DNA of 64,000 nt from Pachysolen tannophilus NRRL Y-2460. Lineage: Eukaryota. Location: positions 1,848,418 to 1,912,417 of the forward strand of contig KV454012.1 of assembly GCA_001661245.1 (NCBI GenBank), written 5' to 3'. Below the pieces are notes generated by a model that saw nothing but the letters and a program-made list of their open reading frames with translations, did no database searches and was not told where the DNA came from. This document shows, piece after piece, positions 59,154-64,000 of the stretch. Each line of letters begins with the position of its first letter. The first letter of the stretch is position 1. A program made the translations under genes and the position numbers.

Positions 59154-61511
59154 ATGAGCACGGCTTCTCCAGGGGATTCGAGTTATGGCAATGAGCAACA
59201 GGATCTTACTGATTTCCAGATAAATGCTTTATTGTCTACTGTGAATAGTCCTACGAATAGTAATACGACTACTGAAAATATTGAATATTCTCATAGTAAT
59301 GCGGGTAGTGGGAATGAGAGTCATCATATACAGAATATCTTGGATGATTCGAGACTGCAGGTGAAAACGATGGGAACGGCAAAGGTGAAAAATCATGAAA
59401 ATACATTATTGAATAATGTTAGTACAAATGCAAAATTTGATAATAAGTCATCACATGTTTTACCGAAAAAATCATCAATATCAAAATATCAAGAACATGA
59501 AGGAGTGAAAAAGGCCGATGCCAGTAATAATCGTAATGTGAATTCTAGTCATTTGTCTGTTAAAGTTGGAAATCACAATTATGGGAACGATAATGAAGAT
59601 AAGAAGATGAAGAACAATAACAACAAAAACAGCAATGAAGAAGATGATGACAATGACCATGACGATGATAACGACAATGAGAATAACAATGACCATGACG
59701 ATGAGGATGATGATGATGAGGATGATGACGACGATGATTCCAAGATTAGAGCTTATGCAAGACTAGACTTCCCAAAATTCACCTTTTATGTTCAAACTTT
59801 ACAAGTGCTATTGGGCCGTAAAGTAAATGATAATAACAATAATAATAACTCATCGTCAACAGTGGATGTTCATCTTGGCTCTACAAAAGCAATATCAAGA
59901 AGACACGCAAAGATTTTTTACAATTTTGGAACTCAAAGATTTGAATTGAGTATCTTGGGAAGAAATGGAGCATTTGTTGACGATATTTTCATAGAAACAG
60001 GCGTTACTTTGCCTTTAAAAGATGGAACAAAGATTCAAATTGGTGAAATTCCCTTTAAGTTTGTATTGCCTAAATCACCAGGCTCTAGTAAGAAAAAGAA
60101 ACCAATAAAGAAGCAGATCAACCCTTCTGATGCTATAAATTTAAAGAAAAGTTTGTATAATAATTCACCAAAGAGAATTTCTAGAGAAGGCTCTGTGGTT
60201 TATGAAGATAGGAAGAAAATTGAAAATAGTGATAGAACTCCAACACCTCCAATAACATCAAAGCACTTAAAACCTCCTTCAATGGGTGACCTCAAAGTTG
60301 AGTCACCTACTACATCTATACCGGCGTCTGTTCCAGCCTATCCAGCTGACAAATTGTCTCCTCAGCAACAACAACAACAGCAGCAGCAACAGCATCAACA
60401 ACAGCAACAACAGAAATCCAAGAAGGAAAAACAACCAAAGAAGAGCAAACAGCCCAAGAAAGTTTATACATTGGAAGAAATTCCAGAGCAATATCGTACA
60501 AAACCATCATTATCTTATTCTCAATTGATCGAAAGATGTCTAAAAGAAGATTCATCTGAAAAAGGAATGTCATTATCTGAAATATATAATTCTATAAAGA
60601 AAATGTATCCATATTTTTACTATTGTCAAGATGGCTGGCAATCAAGTGTTAGGCATAATTTATCATTAAACAAATTATTTAAGAAAGTCAGTAAAGAAGG
60701 AAAAGGATGGTTATGGGGGTTGGATGAAGAGTATTGTTCTGAGAGAGATAAACTTAATAATACCAAAAAGAAACCATCGGTAGTAGGTATTTCATCATCT
60801 GGTACTACAAGCACAGTAGGCGATAATAACAGGATTGTCACTTCGTCTGCTGGATTGAATCCTGTCTTTTCACAAACATTAAATGGGAGTGGCAAAACTA
60901 TTCTGCAGTTGGCCAGCGAGATCAAACGTCCAAGTATTTCAACAACAGCATCGCCGGCCACGTCAACAAAATCATCCCTATCGCCATCTAACAATTCAAC
61001 TCCTAGCATTCAAGCACAGTTGGCTGCAAATAGATCAAGGCCAACGTCTTCGGCGTCAATTTCCCAGCAGCTGCAGAAACTACTGGATGCATCATCTTCA
61101 TCAACGCCACAACAGTCATCGAAAGACAATAATAAAACTCAAGACGATACAAAACGTGCATTAAACCATTTGCAACTGGAATTGATACGTCTAACTAAGG
61201 ATCGTAAAGGTCTTGATAAACAAACAACCACTCAAATTTTAACCCAGGCGTTAGCAATGACAATTGCTCAGGTTAGTCTGGCAGCGAAGAGTAGTGGAAT
61301 GACTGGAAATCCATTAGTGTTGTTGATAGATAAAAATGCTCAACACTTAACAAAGATCCTTACCGCTGCATTGAATGCGGCAACATATCAAATCACAAAG
61401 GGAAAAGTGAAACCAGGAATGGTAAACAATAATAATGTCAATAATGATTTGACAAGTGTATCACCACCAGCTCCTACTTCCCAACTAAGAAACTTGAATG
61501 CACCAGCTAAA

Positions 61512-61545
<34 letters not shown>

Positions 61546-62540
61546 GTAATAGTAATAGTAATAGTAATATCAATGGTAATGGAAACGGGAATGGAAATGG
61601 TGCTACAGTGGATCATCTGAAGGTCGTGGGGATGAATACAACTGTTAAAGATGCTGTCGCGCCATTAAAGTCTACACCAGAATTGATTACGAAAAGTACG
61701 GTAGGTGCACCTGTGGATACTAAATCTCTGGATACTACACCTGTGAATATTACACCTGTGGATAGAGTTAAGAATGAACCGTCTACAATTCTGGAAATAA
61801 CAAAACAAACATATCAAACCCCATCATCATTGCATTCAGAGTCGAGGTCTCCGCAAGTGAAAACAGCAAGACCAAGCATGAACACTACCATAAGACCACC
61901 AACATATTCGAAGCCATCTGCTTATGCAGCTCCATCTACAAACTCAAACACAAATACGTCCTTACCTTCAGTTGGTACCTTACCACTTCCCATTGCTAGT
62001 AATACATCTGGTTCAACTAATGCTACTCCAAAGTTAATGAAGCCATCTTCATATACTGCCCCTTTCCAACAAAAAGCAAATGTTGTATCACCGTCGTTAA
62101 AGAATATATCACAACCGTCATCAGAGGTAACAAATACAAAATTAGAAAACGAAGATACCACGGCAGGTTTTTCTACTGATAATAATAATAACAATACCGA
62201 GTCTAGTGATCTTAAACGTGAATATATTGCTATTGATATTGATAATATTTTGTCAGACAATGGTTCTCTAGATCTGAAAACTTTAGAGAAAACAACTACA
62301 ACTTCTTTGAATACAGACAACAATTTTCAAGTACAAGAAACAAGTGTCTCAGAAGAAACCAAAGGTATAATGAAAGATGCTGAAATTAATGAATTAATGA
62401 ATGAGGTCCAAAATGCGAGTGAAAATACTGAGGCTTTCAAAGATGATTTAGGAAATAATGATACTACATCGGTGAAAAGAGCAAGAGAAAAAGAGGATGA
62501 AGATGAGAAAGATTATAACAAGATGGTAAGGTTACAATGA
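59154..62540 (+). CDS. FHL1: Forkhead/FHA ribosomal-protein gene regulator Fhl1
   Basis: AYARLDF...KAISRRHAKIFYNFGT (FHA) and KPSLSY...GWQSSVRHNLSLN (forkhead); LTQALAMTIAQV. First ATG is at 59154. Confidence 0.95.
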
Positions 62541-62716
62541 ACCAATTAATTTGTAAATTTATAAATATAGAATTTTGGAAAGCTTTTATTTGCTGTATAT
62601 TTATAATTATCATTAACAACAGTGAAACTTTTCTCAATATATCTAATAATGTAGTCAAGAAACGAAAAAAAAAAAAAAAAAAAGAATAAAGAAAAAGAAA
62701 GATTAAAAGAGGAATT

Positions 62717-63571
62717 TTAAGCCAGAACGTTATTAAAACTTTTTTCAGCTTCTTTAGTATTCCAAAATAACTCACCAACATCAAAATTACCATGATAAAC
62801 CCATCCTTGTTCTGTAACGTGGTATAAATTTACCGATCCACCAGAATAAGCATCTCTATGAGCAGCGGCCAAAATACTTCTTCTACCAAGATACAAAGCA
62901 TCTTCCACAGACAAATCCCATTTATAATTTGAATCCAATACACCGTAGGCAAATGTTTGACCAGAACCAACACAAAATAAATCACCTTTCATTCTTGTAC
63001 CATCTGAATCCACGTAATATATGGTTGGGCCTTCTTTCTTGGTATATCCACAAATCATTGTACCCATTGATAATCCCATACCTTTATATTCATATACCAA
63101 GTTACTCAAGATCTTTGATGCTGCAGCTACTGAAATTCTTTCTTTATTTCTTAATTCATGTAATCTACATTGAGTTCCTAACCAAGTTTCCCAATATTGA
63201 CAATCAGCAGCTCCACCAGCCATAGTACCTAATAAGAACGGATTAATTTCAATTACCTTCTTCACAGTCTGGGATGCAATCCAATTACCTGCAGTAGCTC
63301 TAGAATCAACTGCAACAATAATACCACCTTGAAATCTAAACGCCAACGTTGTTGTACCATGTGCAACTTTAATCTTACAATCAGGGTTGACCGAATCATC
63401 TGTATGAGCTCTCAAGAATTCTGTTGGCTGTGAAATTGGAGCTATTGACAATGAAGGTGCCAATTTCAAATCAACTCCTTGGTTGAAAAAATCACTATTT
63501 GTAGATTCAAAATCATTTCTTAATTCATTTTGTCTTTTTTGGAAAGTAAATTCCTCTGTTATAGAATTCAT
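62717..63571 (-). CDS. PRE2: 20S proteasome beta5 subunit precursor
   Basis: Propeptide followed by [27 protein letters not shown] and [10 protein letters not shown]. First ATG is at 63571. Confidence 0.98.
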   Translation of the reverse strand: MNSITEEFTFQKRQNELRNDFESTNSDFFNQGVDLKLAPSLSIAPISQPTEFLRAHTDDSVNPDCKIKVAHGTTTLAFRFQGGIIVAVDSRATAGNWIASQTVKKVIEINPFLLGTMAGGAADCQYWETWLGTQCRLHELRNKERISVAAASKILSNLVYEYKGMGLSMGTMICGYTKKEGPTIYYVDSDGTRMKGDLFCVGSGQTFAYGVLDSNYKWDLSVEDALYLGRRSILAAAHRDAYSGGSVNLYHVTEQGWVYHGNFDVGELFWNTKEAEKSFNNVLA

Positions 63572-63802
63572 GATTAAATTCAAATGCTATAATAAATTGT
63601 GCTATTTTCAAGATCCAAAACTATAGCTCCCGTTAAATTTATAAATATATTAAAAACCTAATTAATCCAATGGGATATAAAAGTCAATTTCCAACCACTA
63701 TTTATATAACCTTACCTGAAGTTTCAATTAAACTGTTTAAAAAACAATTGAATTGATATGAGTTTATTACCTTTATTACCATATAACGATTCTATTTTTC
63801 TT

Positions 63803-63811
63803 AGTGGCAAT
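63803..63811 (+). promoter_or_regulatory. Rpn4 PACE-like element upstream of PRE2
   Basis: AGTGGCAAT versus consensus GGTGGCAAA, about 230 bp upstream of a proteasome gene. Confidence 0.5.
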
Positions 63812-64000
63812 TAAAATTGTTGATATTTTCAGCACGACTTTAACAAATTCTGTTTTCGGAAGTTTGTGTTTTAACAACACTACCATGAAGTCGTGCTGTT
63901 TTGCTCAAAAGCAAAAAAAAAATTAAAAAAAATAAAATCTGTCAATTCCAAAAAAAAAAAAAAAAACCAAAATGCCGTGTACATAAAATTTTTAGATTTT

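Overview
AT-rich budding-yeast (Saccharomycotina) chromosomal DNA with about 23 protein-coding genes, three assembly gaps, and no recognisable transposon, tRNA, rRNA or CRISPR array. The main observation is that in-frame CTG codons fall at positions where orthologues have Ala (RNase H1, Cyc8, Coq5, Rheb) or a small residue (Cbk1). The organism therefore very likely uses the CUG=Ala code (Pachysolen-type, NCBI table 26), and the supplied ORF translations would be wrong at every CTG. Gene order: RNH1 (5'-truncated), eIF5B/FUN12, YBL081W-like, YER152C-like aminotransferase, SWIM/Shu2-like, UBP3, RHB1, SFP1, seipin, CYC8, MED1, COQ5, an orphan secreted protein, MDJ1, a coiled-coil orphan, SSD1, DSE2-like, RPL42, CBK1, a PH-domain protein, GPB1/2-like, ISR1, FHL1, PRE2. 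Four spliceosomal introns were found by eye; RPL42 is absent from the ORF track. A RAM-pathway neighbourhood stands out: the kinase CBK1, its substrate SSD1, and a DSE2-like gene carrying Ssd1- and Ace2-type motifs all lie within 12 kb. Orthology calls come from recalled family motifs and S. cerevisiae gene order, not from database searches.
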